Origin: an uncultured bacterium
GTDB lineage: Bacteria; Acidobacteriota; Thermoanaerobaculia; Multivoradales; JAHZIX01
DNA length: 64,000 bases
NCBI GenBank assembly: GCA_965368975.1
Contig: CBDUPA010000009.1
Coordinates: forward strand, 96,001 to 160,000
Reading direction: 5' to 3'
Shown: positions 20,095-30,213 of the stretch, piece by piece
Numbering within the stretch: position 1 is the first letter of the stretch
Layout: each line of letters begins with the position of its first letter
Translations under genes and position numbers: made by a program
Notes under the pieces: model-generated
Told to the model about the DNA's origin: nothing
What the model saw: the letters and a program-made list of their open reading frames with translations, nothing else
The model's database searches: none

Positions 20095-20163
20095 GGACAG
20101 CCACATTGGGCCGCCCCTACCCGGAATCTGAATCTGGGTAGGGGCACCCCCGTGCGGGTGCCC
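20095..20163. repeat. Pair of divergent GTAG-type REP-like palindromes (REPIN-like)
   Basis: GTAGGGGCGGCCCAATGTGGCTGTCC (minus strand) and GTAGGGGCACCCCCGTGCGGGTGCCC (plus strand) separated by a short spacer. Confidence 0.6.
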
Positions 20164-20192
20164 TGGGTGGTGGAGGCGGGAGTCCTGAACCT

Positions 20193-21440
20193 TCACTTCG
20201 CCAACGCCGTCACGCCCGGCAACTCTTTGCCGGCAAGGAATTCCAGCGACGCGCCGCCGCCGGTCGAGACGTGGTCCATGCGGTCGAGGACGCCAGCATG
20301 GGCGGCCGCGCCGACGGTGTCGCCACCACCAACCACCTTGAAGGCGGGGCTGTCGGCGACGCCGTGGGCCACCGCGACGGTACCCGCGTCGAAGGGCGGC
20401 TTCTCGAACACGCCCATCGGGCCGTTCCAGAAGATGGTACCGGCGCGGCCGAGGGCTTCAGCGAAGGCTTTGCAAGCTTCGGGACCAATATCCAGGGCCA
20501 TCGTTCCCGCTGGCACGGCATTGGCGGCCACGGTCTCGATGCGTTGCGGCTGGGCGAAGTCGTCGGCGATCACCAGGTCGCTGGGTAGCAAGACTTCGGT
20601 GTCGGCGGCGGCGGCACGCTCCAGGATCGACTTGGCGAGGTCGAGGCGATCGCGCTCGACCAGCGAACTGGCCAGGTCCAGGCCCTGAGCAGCCAGGAAC
20701 GTGTTGGCCATGCCGCCGCCGATCAGCAGCTGGTCGAGGCGCGGCAGAAGGTTGTCCAGGGTGTCGATCTTGCCTTCGATCTTGGCGCCGCCGAGGATGC
20801 CGGCGAAGGGGCGGGCAGGCTCATGGAGCAAGCGGCCAAGGGCTTCGATCTCGCGCACCAAGAGGCGGCCGGCGGCCTTGCGGGAGAGCCGCGCCGGCAC
20901 CCCGACGACCGAGGCGTGGGCGCGGTGGGCTGTGCCGAAAGCGTCGCACACGTAGGCGTCGGCGAGCGACGCCAGCTCGGCGCTGAAGGCATCGTCGTCG
21001 GCTTTCTCACCAGCATGGAAGCGTAGGTTCTCGAGCAGCACGACGCCGCCATCTTGTAGCTGGTCGACAGCCGCACGCGCCACCTCGCCGAGACAGTCTT
21101 CAGCAAAAGCGACGGGCGCGTCGAGCAGAGAGGCCAGCACCTTGACCATCGGCCGTAGGCTGTATCTCGGATTCGGCTCCCCCTTGGGCCGGCCACAGTG
21201 CGAAGCGAGAACCAGGCGAGCCCCGGCGGCGCGCAGCTCTTGCAGGGTGGGCAGGGCTTCGCGCAGGCGCGTGTCGTCGGTCACCTCGACCTCGCCGTCA
21301 GCTGCACCCGGAGTCTCGCCCAGCGGTGCATTGAAGTCCACGCGAACAAAGACCCGCTGGCCGCGCAGGCTGGGGAGGTCGAGATCGTCGAGGGTGAACA
21401 TACGGATCTGGGCCGACGCGCTGGACGGGTGTTGAGTCAT
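20193..21440 (-). CDS. pgk: Phosphoglycerate kinase
   Basis: RVDFNAP, SHCGRP, LLENLRF, DAFGTAHRAHAS, WNGPMGVFE, STGGGASLE. Confidence 0.97.
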   Translation of the reverse strand: MTQHPSSASAQIRMFTLDDLDLPSLRGQRVFVRVDFNAPLGETPGAADGEVEVTDDTRLREALPTLQELRAAGARLVLASHCGRPKGEPNPRYSLRPMVKVLASLLDAPVAFAEDCLGEVARAAVDQLQDGGVVLLENLRFHAGEKADDDAFSAELASLADAYVCDAFGTAHRAHASVVGVPARLSRKAAGRLLVREIEALGRLLHEPARPFAGILGGAKIEGKIDTLDNLLPRLDQLLIGGGMANTFLAAQGLDLASSLVERDRLDLAKSILERAAAADTEVLLPSDLVIADDFAQPQRIETVAANAVPAGTMALDIGPEACKAFAEALGRAGTIFWNGPMGVFEKPPFDAGTVAVAHGVADSPAFKVVGGGDTVGAAAHAGVLDRMDHVSTGGGASLEFLAGKELPGVTALAK

Positions 21441-22537
21441 CGTTCGTCTCCGGGAGCGGCGAGGCGTAGCAACAGCTCGGCGAGGCGGTTGGCGTAGCCC
21501 CATTCGTTGTCGTACCAAGCGACGACGCGTAGCATGTGGCCGCCGTCGAGGCTCTGCAGCAGGGGTAGGTCGACCACCGCGGAGGCGGTCTCACCGAGGA
21601 AGTCCGTCGAGACGAGCTCTTCGTCTGTCACCCTCAGGATGCCGGCCAGCTCTTCAGCGGCGGCGCTTCGCAGCTGGTCCGCCGCTGCCTCGACGCTCGC
21701 CGGCCGCTCCAGTTCCAACACCAGGTCGAGCAGCGCCACGTCGGCCACTGGCACGCGTACGCCGAACCCGTCGAGACGGCCGGCCAGCTGCGGCAGCACC
21801 CAGCCCACCGCCTCGGCAGCCCGGCTGGCGACGGGGATCAGGTTGAGCGGGGCCGCCCGGCTCCGTCGAGGCTCACCTTGGCCCCCCTTGCCGTGTGCGC
21901 CGTCGAGCAGCATCTGGTTCGGCGTGTAGCCGTGCACGGTATTGACCATGCCGTGGCGGATGCCGAAAGCACGATGCAGCACCGCCACGATCGGCGCGAT
22001 GCAGTTGGTGGTGCAGGAACTGTTGCTGATCACGCGATGACGAGCGGGATCGAAGGACCCCTCGTTGATGCCCAGGCAGAGCACCGCGTCCACCGCCGGC
22101 AGGTCGGCTGCGTCCGGGTTCCACGCCAGCACGACTCGCTCGGCACCGTGCGCCTGTCGGGAGGGGGCCCGTCCGGAGCGAGCATCTCTCGAGCGGGCCG
22201 CGTCGTTCCGCAGGTGCCCACGGGCGGCAGCGACGGTCACGGCGCCTGTGGCTTCCACCACCAGCAGGTTGTCCTCCTCGGGCCACGGGATATCGACGGG
22301 CGAGGCGGCGGCAGACACCGGCACGCGCCGGCCATCGACCAGCAGGGCGTCAGGCTCGTGGCCGATTTCGCCAGGGAAGCGGCCGTGCACCGAGTCGCGG
22401 GCCAGCAGGCGTGCGAGCACCGGTGCCGGGACCAGGTCGTTGACCGCCACGCAGCGTAACCGCGGATGTTGCCGGGCGGCGCGCACCAGCGCCCGACCGA
22501 TACGGCCCAGGCCGTTGATTGCGTAGGGAATGGACAT
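21437..22537 (-). CDS. GAPDH/erythrose-4-phosphate dehydrogenase family protein (divergent)
   Basis: INGLGRIGR, SNSSCTTNC, TVHGYT, RVP and WYDNEWGY are present, but the phosphate-site loop is atypical (IPVASRAA). Confidence 0.85.
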   Translation of the reverse strand: MSIPYAINGLGRIGRALVRAARQHPRLRCVAVNDLVPAPVLARLLARDSVHGRFPGEIGHEPDALLVDGRRVPVSAAASPVDIPWPEEDNLLVVEATGAVTVAAARGHLRNDAARSRDARSGRAPSRQAHGAERVVLAWNPDAADLPAVDAVLCLGINEGSFDPARHRVISNSSCTTNCIAPIVAVLHRAFGIRHGMVNTVHGYTPNQMLLDGAHGKGGQGEPRRSRAAPLNLIPVASRAAEAVGWVLPQLAGRLDGFGVRVPVADVALLDLVLELERPASVEAAADQLRSAAAEELAGILRVTDEELVSTDFLGETASAVVDLPLLQSLDGGHMLRVVAWYDNEWGYANRLAELLLRLAAPGDER

Positions 22538-24972
22538 CAATCTGATTCGTCGGAGGTGCCACCGTCGGTGGACTCTGGATAGCCGCGACGGTCGGTGATC
22601 ACGATACGTAGCTCGCAAGCGTAGCGCTGGCCGTCGGCATCCGGCAGCCACGTCTGGTGTAGGTCAGGAAGCATTTCGGCCAGCCTCACGCGCGGGTGCG
22701 GCTGCGCATCCAGCGCGGCGCGGACGGCTCGTACGAGCAATTCTACGAACACCGGACAGCTGAAGTCGACGTAGATCGGCTTCAATTCCGTATCGACGCG
22801 CAAGAACACCCGCTCCGGCAGCTGCCGGCGCAGCCACCAAGCACGTGCTCCGGCAAAGCGGTCGGCCGGCGTGGCGGCCTGCACGAAGTCCATCTCCGCG
22901 CCGTCGAAACTCCAACGTCGACGGTTGACGACCAGGCGGTCGAGACTCACGCGCGGCCAGTAGTCGGCATCGCCGAGCAGGCGGCAGCTACTGACCACGC
23001 TGTGGGTCAGGACCTTGGCGACCGCCTCGGCGAGGTCGAAATCAACCTGCTCATCACTGTGCGAGCGCAGACGTAGACCACTATGGCCGTCCTCGGCACC
23101 CGCGGCTTGCACATCGACGACGATCAGATCGTCGGGCTCCACGCGTTGCTCGGGAGGAATCATCGAACGACGGTCGCGCGCGGCGACGATGAGGTCGTGA
23201 CTCGGGATGTGCAACGGGCCGAAGCGAGTGATCACGACGTCGGCATTGGAATCCTGGAGGTGGAAACGCGTCTCCCGGATCTCTGTGTCGAGAGCCTCGC
23301 GCAGGGCGTCGAGATCCGGGTGCAGGACGCTGGTGGCCCAGACGCTGAGCGAGTTGTGGGCAATGTGCATCTCGCCCAGCACGGCAAAGAAGTCGCCAGC
23401 CCGCAGCGCGTCCGGCCCTTCGGCCGCCAGCAGGACGTCCGGCGAGGTGTAGCGGGCCAAGCTCCAACCCGGCTCGGTGAGCGGAAAGGCCGCCTCGACC
23501 TTCGGCCGCAACTCGTCGACGCTGCGCTGCACTTCTTGCACCTGCTCCGCGCCGGGTTCGACCTCCAGCAGCGCCTGCCAGCGACGCTGAAACTCATCCA
23601 GGGCTTCTTGGGTGAAGGCACTCCGATTGTCCCCGACGAGGTGCCGCGACAGCAGTGGCCAGAAGTGCTGCACCGGGACTTCCGGACCGTGGGTGTGCGT
23701 CAGCTCCCGGTACAGAGGCTGGGCGACTTGCCGCAAAGCCGCGGCAACTTCCGCGCTCAGCCAGCGCACGGAATGCAGGAGGAGCGACATCGGCTCGGCA
23801 ATCGCGCGCCGCACCTCGGGACCGAATTCGAAGGTGCCCGCCCGCCGGCAGTCTTCGTAGGCCAGCGTGCGTGCGGCGTAGTCCTGGCCGGCGTGGCGCG
23901 TGGCAGCTGCTCCCGTGAGGCGCTGAAAGGTCGCGTTCAGTGAGCCGATGGCGGCTTCCAGCTGTTGCGGTTCACCGGCCGCCTGCACGACCCGCTGGCG
24001 CGCCGCCTCGACCTCGTCGATCGGAGCCAGTGCCGCGCGCCGCAGGTCGGCGTCGCCGATGCTCTCGACCTGGGAACGCAGCGCTTGCAGCGCATGCGGC
24101 CCGGACGGCAAGTAGAAGTCCCAAGCCAGGCAGCCTTCGCGCTGGAAGTGCTCCAGCTGAGCCATCACCTCGGCCGGCTCCCGATACGCACACTGCGAAT
24201 CCTCGGCCAGCTCGCGGCACAGCTGGTGTGCTGACCGGCTGCCGTCCGCGGCTTCGAGCACGGCGAGTTGATCGTCATCGACGACCAGCGCGGGACCCGT
24301 GAGACGGTTGAGACGGCCATCTTCATCCAGCCAGTGGAAGGGCAGGAGCTGCGGTGGCAACCAGGTACGAATGTCCTCCAGCTGCAACAGGATCTTGGCC
24401 AGCTCGACGACGCCCCAGCCTTCGAGGAAGACGTCGCGCGCCTCCACTAGCTCGCGCTGCGGCTCGAGGCGCACCACGGGGTCTTCACCGTCGCTCCATC
24501 GTGCCCAACCCATCGGGCCGAAGAAGCCGATCGTGTCGTTCTTGACCGTGTAGCGCTGCAGGTACTTGGCCACCAGCTGCTCGCGTCGACGGCGCTTCTT
24601 GGGGGCGCCCTGGTAGCGAGTTTCCGGCAGCTTGAGAACACCGTTGCGGTAGGCATCGTAGTTTTGCCACAGCACGGCTTCCCGGAAACGCGGATCGCGC
24701 GTCAGCTCGTTGAGAGCCTCGGCTTGCTGGTTGTAGGCCGCTTCGAACTGCTGCTCGTAGTCGCTCCGCGCCGCCGCGATCTCAGCCTCGTCACTCTCTC
24801 CCTCGTTGCCACCAGCCTCTGCCTTGGCAAGCCTTTCCGCAGCGGCGGCGCAGGCGGGAAAGACGATGCCCTGCAACAGTTCGACGGGGAAGCCGGTGGC
24901 GCGCAAGCCGATCCAGCGCCAGGCGGTCCAGGTGTCGTACCAGGAGACGTGGTGCGGAGGCATGTCGACCAT
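22537..24972 (-). CDS. Stand-alone lantibiotic dehydratase N-terminal domain protein (PEARL-like), copy D
   Basis: LRATGFP; KYLQRYTVKNDTIGFFGP; LGEMH; EMLPDLHQTWL...RYACELR; no elimination domain. Confidence 0.88.
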   Translation of the reverse strand: MVDMPPHHVSWYDTWTAWRWIGLRATGFPVELLQGIVFPACAAAAERLAKAEAGGNEGESDEAEIAAARSDYEQQFEAAYNQQAEALNELTRDPRFREAVLWQNYDAYRNGVLKLPETRYQGAPKKRRRREQLVAKYLQRYTVKNDTIGFFGPMGWARWSDGEDPVVRLEPQRELVEARDVFLEGWGVVELAKILLQLEDIRTWLPPQLLPFHWLDEDGRLNRLTGPALVVDDDQLAVLEAADGSRSAHQLCRELAEDSQCAYREPAEVMAQLEHFQREGCLAWDFYLPSGPHALQALRSQVESIGDADLRRAALAPIDEVEAARQRVVQAAGEPQQLEAAIGSLNATFQRLTGAAATRHAGQDYAARTLAYEDCRRAGTFEFGPEVRRAIAEPMSLLLHSVRWLSAEVAAALRQVAQPLYRELTHTHGPEVPVQHFWPLLSRHLVGDNRSAFTQEALDEFQRRWQALLEVEPGAEQVQEVQRSVDELRPKVEAAFPLTEPGWSLARYTSPDVLLAAEGPDALRAGDFFAVLGEMHIAHNSLSVWATSVLHPDLDALREALDTEIRETRFHLQDSNADVVITRFGPLHIPSHDLIVAARDRRSMIPPEQRVEPDDLIVVDVQAAGAEDGHSGLRLRSHSDEQVDFDLAEAVAKVLTHSVVSSCRLLGDADYWPRVSLDRLVVNRRRWSFDGAEMDFVQAATPADRFAGARAWWLRRQLPERVFLRVDTELKPIYVDFSCPVFVELLVRAVRAALDAQPHPRVRLAEMLPDLHQTWLPDADGQRYACELRIVITDRRGYPESTDGGTSDESD

Positions 24973-24978
24973 GGTCGT

Positions 24979-27564
24979 CTAGCCCTCGTTCTGGCCGGGA
25001 CTCAATCCGAGATGATCCACCAGCACCAGGCGCACCTCGCTGGTGTAGCGGTTGCCCTCGGCATCGGGCAGCCACAGCTGGTGCAGGTCGGGCATCATTT
25101 CGGACATGCGCACCCGCGGATCGCCGCCACTTTCGAGTGCCGCGCGGACCGACTTGGTAAACAACTCGACGTACACCGGGCTGTCGAAGTCGACGTAGGT
25201 CGGCTTCTTTTCGGTGGCGACGCGCAGGAAGACGCGCTGCGACACGCCTGCGCGACGCCACCAGCTGCGGGCGCCGGCAAAGCGCTCGGCGGGTGTCTCG
25301 GCGTGCACGAAGTCCATCTCGCGACCGTCGAAGACCCAGCTCTCGCGGTGGACCACCATGTTGTCGATCCACACCCGAGGCCAGTGATCGGCGGTCGGCA
25401 GCAGCCGACAGCGCGTGACCACGCCGTGAGTGAGAAAGGCCGACATGGCGGAGAGAAAATCGAGGTCGAAGCTCGGCTCGCCGAGAGAGCGCACGCGCAT
25501 ATTGCCGTAGAGGTCGCGCACCATGACGACGTCCTCGGGCTCTACGACCTGCTCGGGCCGGGATGCCGAGGCGCGCAACATGTTCCGCAGCACGTAGTCG
25601 TGCGTCGCCGTGTGCACCAAGCCGAAGCGGCTGAGCATATTGGTGACGTGCGGTTCGTCGAACCAGAGGCGCGGCTCCGGGAGGTCGTTCTCGAGCACTT
25701 CCACCAGGGCGTCGAGATCCGGGTGCTGCGCGCCGCTCGCCCACACCCCGGCCGAGGCGTAGGCGATGTGCAGCTCGCCGAGGACGGTGAAGAAGTCTCC
25801 GCGTTGCAGGGCTTCCGGGCTCTCGGCCGCCAGCATGACGTCGGGCGAGCTGTAGCGCGCCTGGGGCCAACCCAGGTTCTCGGTAGCGAAGACCTCGCGC
25901 ACCTTGGGCCACAGCTCTTCGCTGGTCCAGCGCACCTCGTCGAGGCTCTGACCGGGCTTCCCCGGCTGTAGCCCCAGTATGTCGCGCCAACGATCGGTGA
26001 AGTCGTCGAGGGCTTCGTTGGTATGGCCATTGAGACCGGCGTCGATCAGGTGCACCGCCAGCTGCGGCCAGAAGACCAGCAGCGGCACCTCGGGACCGTG
26101 GTGTATGCGCAAACGATTGTAGACGTGGTCGAGCTCCTGGCGCAGGTGGTCGGCGACCTGACTGGTGAGCCAGCGCACGCTGTGCAGAATCGGCGCCAAG
26201 GGCACGGCGAGCGTGTCGCGGATCTCGGGTCCAAGCTCGTAGGTACCGGCGCGCAGGCAGTCTTCGTAGACCAGCGTTCGCCCGGCGTAGAGCTCGCCAG
26301 CGGCACGGGTGGCGCCCATGCCGGTGAGCTTGCCGAAGGTCTCGCCCATCGCCGCCAGTGCGCTATCCAACCGCTCCGGGTCGCCTGCGGCCGCTTCCAC
26401 GCCGCGCCGGGATCCGTCCAGCTCTTCGAGCTTCTCCAAGCAGCGCTCGGCGAGCGGACGGTCTTCGAACTCTTCGACCTGGCGGCGCACGGCGTCCAGG
26501 GTGTGGGGGCCCGGCGGTAGGCGGAACTCCCAGGCAATGGCGCCTTCAATGCGGAAGTGGTGCAACTGTCCCATCACCTCTTCCGGACTGGAGTAGCCGC
26601 ACTCGGGGTCGGCTGCCAGATCCCTGGCCAGCTGCACCGCCGAGCGCTCACCGGTCGCGTGCTCGAGCAGGAAAATCTGGTCCCGGTCCACCGCCAAGGC
26701 GAGTCCCAGCGCGCGATGCAAGCTACAGCCGTCTTCGCCCAACCACTGCAACGGCAGGGTCTGCGGCTTGAGATGGTCCATCACGCCGGGCCAGCTCATC
26801 AGCACGTGCGCCAGCGCCATGACGGCCCAGCCCTCGAAGTAGACGCTGCGCCGCTCGAGCAACCCCGCCCCGGGTTCCAGGTGCGCGACGGTGTCCGCAT
26901 CTTCGTTCCAGTCGGCCCAGCCGACCGGGCCGAAGAAGCCGATGGTGTCGTTCTTGACCGTGTAGCGCTGGACGTACTTGGCCACCAGCTCCTCGCGGTG
27001 TCGTCGGGCGCTAGAGGAATGGGTGGGGTCGGAACCGGGCAGTTTACGCACGGCGGTGTGGTACCCGTGCCGGTTCTGCCACAAGACAGCTTCTTGGAAG
27101 CGCAGGTCGGCGGCGATGTCGTTGAGGGTCTGACTCTGCTCGATCGAGGTTTGCTGGTAGACGTCTTCGTAGGCAGCAGTAGCGGCGGCGACTTCTTCCC
27201 GTGCACTGGTCACCGCATCGAGCAGCGCCGGCTCCAACACCTCGGCTGCCTTGGCGTGGACCTTGCCCTTGTTGAGCCGATTCAGGGTCTTGAACAGGGC
27301 GTTGCGGCGCGAGCGGTTGGCGTCGTTGAATTGCAGTTCGTCGAGCGCGCGGCGGGCGGCATCGGCGGCGCTATCGAGCGCCTGCCGCAGAGTGTCCTCA
27401 GCTTCGGCGATACGGTCGGCGGCGGCGGCACAGTCGGGGAAGCAGAGCCGTTGCAACATTTCGACCGGAAAGCCGGTGCCACGCAAGACGGCCCAGCGCC
27501 AGGTCGTCCAATCACCGTAGAAGGGAACGTGGTGGCGGGGAACGATGTGAGACTCGGGAATCAT
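24979..27564 (-). CDS. PEARL-like small LanB, copy C
   Basis: LRGTGFP; KYVQRYTVKNDTIGFFGP; LGELH; EMMPDLHQLWL...RYTSEVR. Confidence 0.88.
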   Translation of the reverse strand: MIPESHIVPRHHVPFYGDWTTWRWAVLRGTGFPVEMLQRLCFPDCAAAADRIAEAEDTLRQALDSAADAARRALDELQFNDANRSRRNALFKTLNRLNKGKVHAKAAEVLEPALLDAVTSAREEVAAATAAYEDVYQQTSIEQSQTLNDIAADLRFQEAVLWQNRHGYHTAVRKLPGSDPTHSSSARRHREELVAKYVQRYTVKNDTIGFFGPVGWADWNEDADTVAHLEPGAGLLERRSVYFEGWAVMALAHVLMSWPGVMDHLKPQTLPLQWLGEDGCSLHRALGLALAVDRDQIFLLEHATGERSAVQLARDLAADPECGYSSPEEVMGQLHHFRIEGAIAWEFRLPPGPHTLDAVRRQVEEFEDRPLAERCLEKLEELDGSRRGVEAAAGDPERLDSALAAMGETFGKLTGMGATRAAGELYAGRTLVYEDCLRAGTYELGPEIRDTLAVPLAPILHSVRWLTSQVADHLRQELDHVYNRLRIHHGPEVPLLVFWPQLAVHLIDAGLNGHTNEALDDFTDRWRDILGLQPGKPGQSLDEVRWTSEELWPKVREVFATENLGWPQARYSSPDVMLAAESPEALQRGDFFTVLGELHIAYASAGVWASGAQHPDLDALVEVLENDLPEPRLWFDEPHVTNMLSRFGLVHTATHDYVLRNMLRASASRPEQVVEPEDVVMVRDLYGNMRVRSLGEPSFDLDFLSAMSAFLTHGVVTRCRLLPTADHWPRVWIDNMVVHRESWVFDGREMDFVHAETPAERFAGARSWWRRAGVSQRVFLRVATEKKPTYVDFDSPVYVELFTKSVRAALESGGDPRVRMSEMMPDLHQLWLPDAEGNRYTSEVRLVLVDHLGLSPGQNEG

Positions 27565-30155
27565 GTTTCCTCTTCCTCCGCAGGGCCCGCGTGGTCCTGG
27601 CTGCCGATGTTGTCCAAGATAATGGTGCGCAGCTCACTGGTGTAGCGGTTGCCCTCGGCATCGGGCAGCCATGCTTGGTGCAGGTCGGGCAGCATTTCAG
27701 CCATGCGCACGCTCGGGTCGAGGCCGCTTTCGAGCACGGCGCGCACCGACTTGGCGAACAGTTCGACGTACACCGGGCTACCGAAGTCGACGTACGTCGG
27801 CTTCTGCTCGGTGGCCACGCGCAGGAAGACGCGCTCGGGCAGACCGTGGCGCCTCCACCAGGCGCGCGTGCCGGCGAAGCGGTCGGCCGGCGTCGAAGCG
27901 TGGACGAAGTCCATTTCGCGACCATCGAAGACCCAGCTCTGGCGGTTGACGACCATGCTGTCGATCCACACGCGCGGCCAGTGGTCGGACGCCGGCAGCA
28001 GCTTGCAGCGGGTGACCACGCCGTAGGTCAGGTGGAGGGCCATAGCGGCCAGGAAGTCGAGGTCGATCTTCGGTTCGCTCTTCGAGCGCAAGCGCATGAC
28101 GCCCTGCTCGTCGCGCACCATCACCACATCTTCGGGCTCCAGGCGCTGCTCGGGCGGCGTGGTCGACGCGCGTTGCAGGTTGCGCAGCACGTAATCCCGC
28201 TTGGGTAGAACGATCTGGCCGAAGCGGTTCAGCACAGTGCTGACGTGCGGCTCGTCGAACAGCACCCGCGACTCGCGCAGGTCGCTCTCCAGGACTTCCA
28301 CCAGGGCGTCGAGATCTGGGTGCTGGGCACCGAACAGCCATGCCGCCAAGGAGGGGAAGGTTATGTGCACCTCGCCGAGCACAGAGAAGAAGTCCCCCGC
28401 CCGCAGTGCCTCGACGCTGTCGGCGGCGATCATGACGTCCGGCGAGTTGTAGCGCGCCTGCTCCCAACCGGGGCGCTCGGACGATCCGTCTTTGGCGGAG
28501 AAGGCCGCGCGCACCTTGGGCCACAGCTCCTCGCTGGTCCAGCGCACTTCCTGGTCGACCTGCCCACGCTCCAGGCCGAGAATCTCGCGCCACTTCTCGG
28601 CGAAGCCATCCAGCGCCTCGTTGGTGAAGCTGTTGATGTTGGCGTCCATGATACTCACCGACATCGGCGGCCAGAACACGAGCAAGGGGATCTCGGGACC
28701 GTGGATCGGCGCCAGCTCGCGGTAGAGGATGTCGAGCACCTGACGCATGGCGGCGGCCACCTGGCTGGTGAGCCAGCGCACGCTGTAGAGAATCGGCGCC
28801 AACGGCTCGGCAATGCAGCGGCGGATCTCGGGACCAAGCTCGACCACGCCGTCGCGCTTGCAGTCCTCGTAAATCAGGGTGCGCGCCGCATAGAGCTGCC
28901 CCCCGCTGCGCGTCGGGTCGACCCCGGTGAGGCTGGCGAAGGTGCGATTCATGTCGTCGATCGCCTTCTCCAGCGCTTCGGTGTTGCCAGCCGCCTCGGC
29001 CACGGCCTTGCGCGCGCCATCGAGCGCGTTGATCTTGTCGTAGCAGGCATTGCGTACCTGCGAGTCGCCGAACTCGTCGACCTGCGCCCGCACGACCTGC
29101 AGCGTGTGGGGACCGGGCGGCAGGAAGAACTCCCAGGCGATCGCCCCCTCCTGCCGGAAGACGAGCAGCTGCTGCATGACCTGTTGCGGCTGGTCGTACC
29201 CACACTCGGGATCCGCCGCCAGATCCTGGCACAGCTGCTGGGCGGTGCGAGCGCCGTCCGCGGCTTCGAGCAGGCGGATCTGGTCGGCGTCGACCGCCAG
29301 CGTCAAGCCGAGAGCTCGGTACAGGCCCTCGCCATCTTCCCCCAACCACTGCAGCGGCAAGGTCTGCGGCTTGAGCCAGGGCAATACGCCGGGAATCGAC
29401 ATCAGCACCTGCGACAGCGCCAGGATCGGCCAGCCTTCAAAGTAGACGTTGCGATCGGCGAGCAGATCCGGACCGGGTTCGACGCGCACCGATGGTTGCT
29501 CCGTCTCGCTCCAGATCGCCCAGCCGACGGGCCCAAAGAAGCCGATGGTGTCATTCTTGACCGTGTAGCGCTGGATGTACTTGGCGACCAGCTCTTCTTT
29601 CTGCCGGCGGCTGCTCGACGTGTCCGACGGATCGGATCCGGGCAGCTTGAGCAGTGCTGTCTTGTAGGCGTTGTGGTTCTGCCACAGCACGGCTTCCTGG
29701 AAGCGCGGGTCAGCGGCGATCTCGTTGATCGCCTGCCCCTGCTCGGTGGACGCTTGCGCGTACGCCTGCGCGAAGGCGGCGGTGGCGTCCCGCTGCTCGG
29801 CCTGTGCCGTCCGCACGGCATCGAGCAGAGCAGGGTCCAGAACCTCTGGCGCCTTGGCGTGGACCTTGCCCTTTTTGAGCTTCTCGAGCGACTTCAGCAG
29901 CAGCTTGCGGCGCGGCTGAGTCGCCTCGCTGCGCTCCAGCTCGTCGAGGCCCCGGCGCGCGGCGTCGCAGCCGGCGTCCAGCGCTTCTTGCAGCGCCGTC
30001 TCGGCCCGAGTCAGGCGGTCGGCCGCCGCGGCGCAGGCAGGCATGGACAGCCGCCGCACCAGCCGCACGGGGAAGCCCGTGCCACGCAGGCCGATCCATT
30101 TCCAGGTCGTCCACTCGTCACAGAAGGGTACGTGGTACTTCGGAATACTCTTCAT
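27561..30155 (-). CDS. PEARL-like small LanB, copy B
   Basis: GAGGAG RBS before MKSIPKYHV; KYIQRYTVKNDTIGFFGP; LGEVH; RYTSELR. Confidence 0.88.
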   Translation of the reverse strand: MKSIPKYHVPFCDEWTTWKWIGLRGTGFPVRLVRRLSMPACAAAADRLTRAETALQEALDAGCDAARRGLDELERSEATQPRRKLLLKSLEKLKKGKVHAKAPEVLDPALLDAVRTAQAEQRDATAAFAQAYAQASTEQGQAINEIAADPRFQEAVLWQNHNAYKTALLKLPGSDPSDTSSSRRQKEELVAKYIQRYTVKNDTIGFFGPVGWAIWSETEQPSVRVEPGPDLLADRNVYFEGWPILALSQVLMSIPGVLPWLKPQTLPLQWLGEDGEGLYRALGLTLAVDADQIRLLEAADGARTAQQLCQDLAADPECGYDQPQQVMQQLLVFRQEGAIAWEFFLPPGPHTLQVVRAQVDEFGDSQVRNACYDKINALDGARKAVAEAAGNTEALEKAIDDMNRTFASLTGVDPTRSGGQLYAARTLIYEDCKRDGVVELGPEIRRCIAEPLAPILYSVRWLTSQVAAAMRQVLDILYRELAPIHGPEIPLLVFWPPMSVSIMDANINSFTNEALDGFAEKWREILGLERGQVDQEVRWTSEELWPKVRAAFSAKDGSSERPGWEQARYNSPDVMIAADSVEALRAGDFFSVLGEVHITFPSLAAWLFGAQHPDLDALVEVLESDLRESRVLFDEPHVSTVLNRFGQIVLPKRDYVLRNLQRASTTPPEQRLEPEDVVMVRDEQGVMRLRSKSEPKIDLDFLAAMALHLTYGVVTRCKLLPASDHWPRVWIDSMVVNRQSWVFDGREMDFVHASTPADRFAGTRAWWRRHGLPERVFLRVATEQKPTYVDFGSPVYVELFAKSVRAVLESGLDPSVRMAEMLPDLHQAWLPDAEGNRYTSELRTIILDNIGSQDHAGPAEEEET

Positions 30156-30213
30156 GCCCTGCTCCTCATAGCCGGAACGGAAGCGGTTCCGGAATCCTCG
30201 TTGCGGACGCGGG

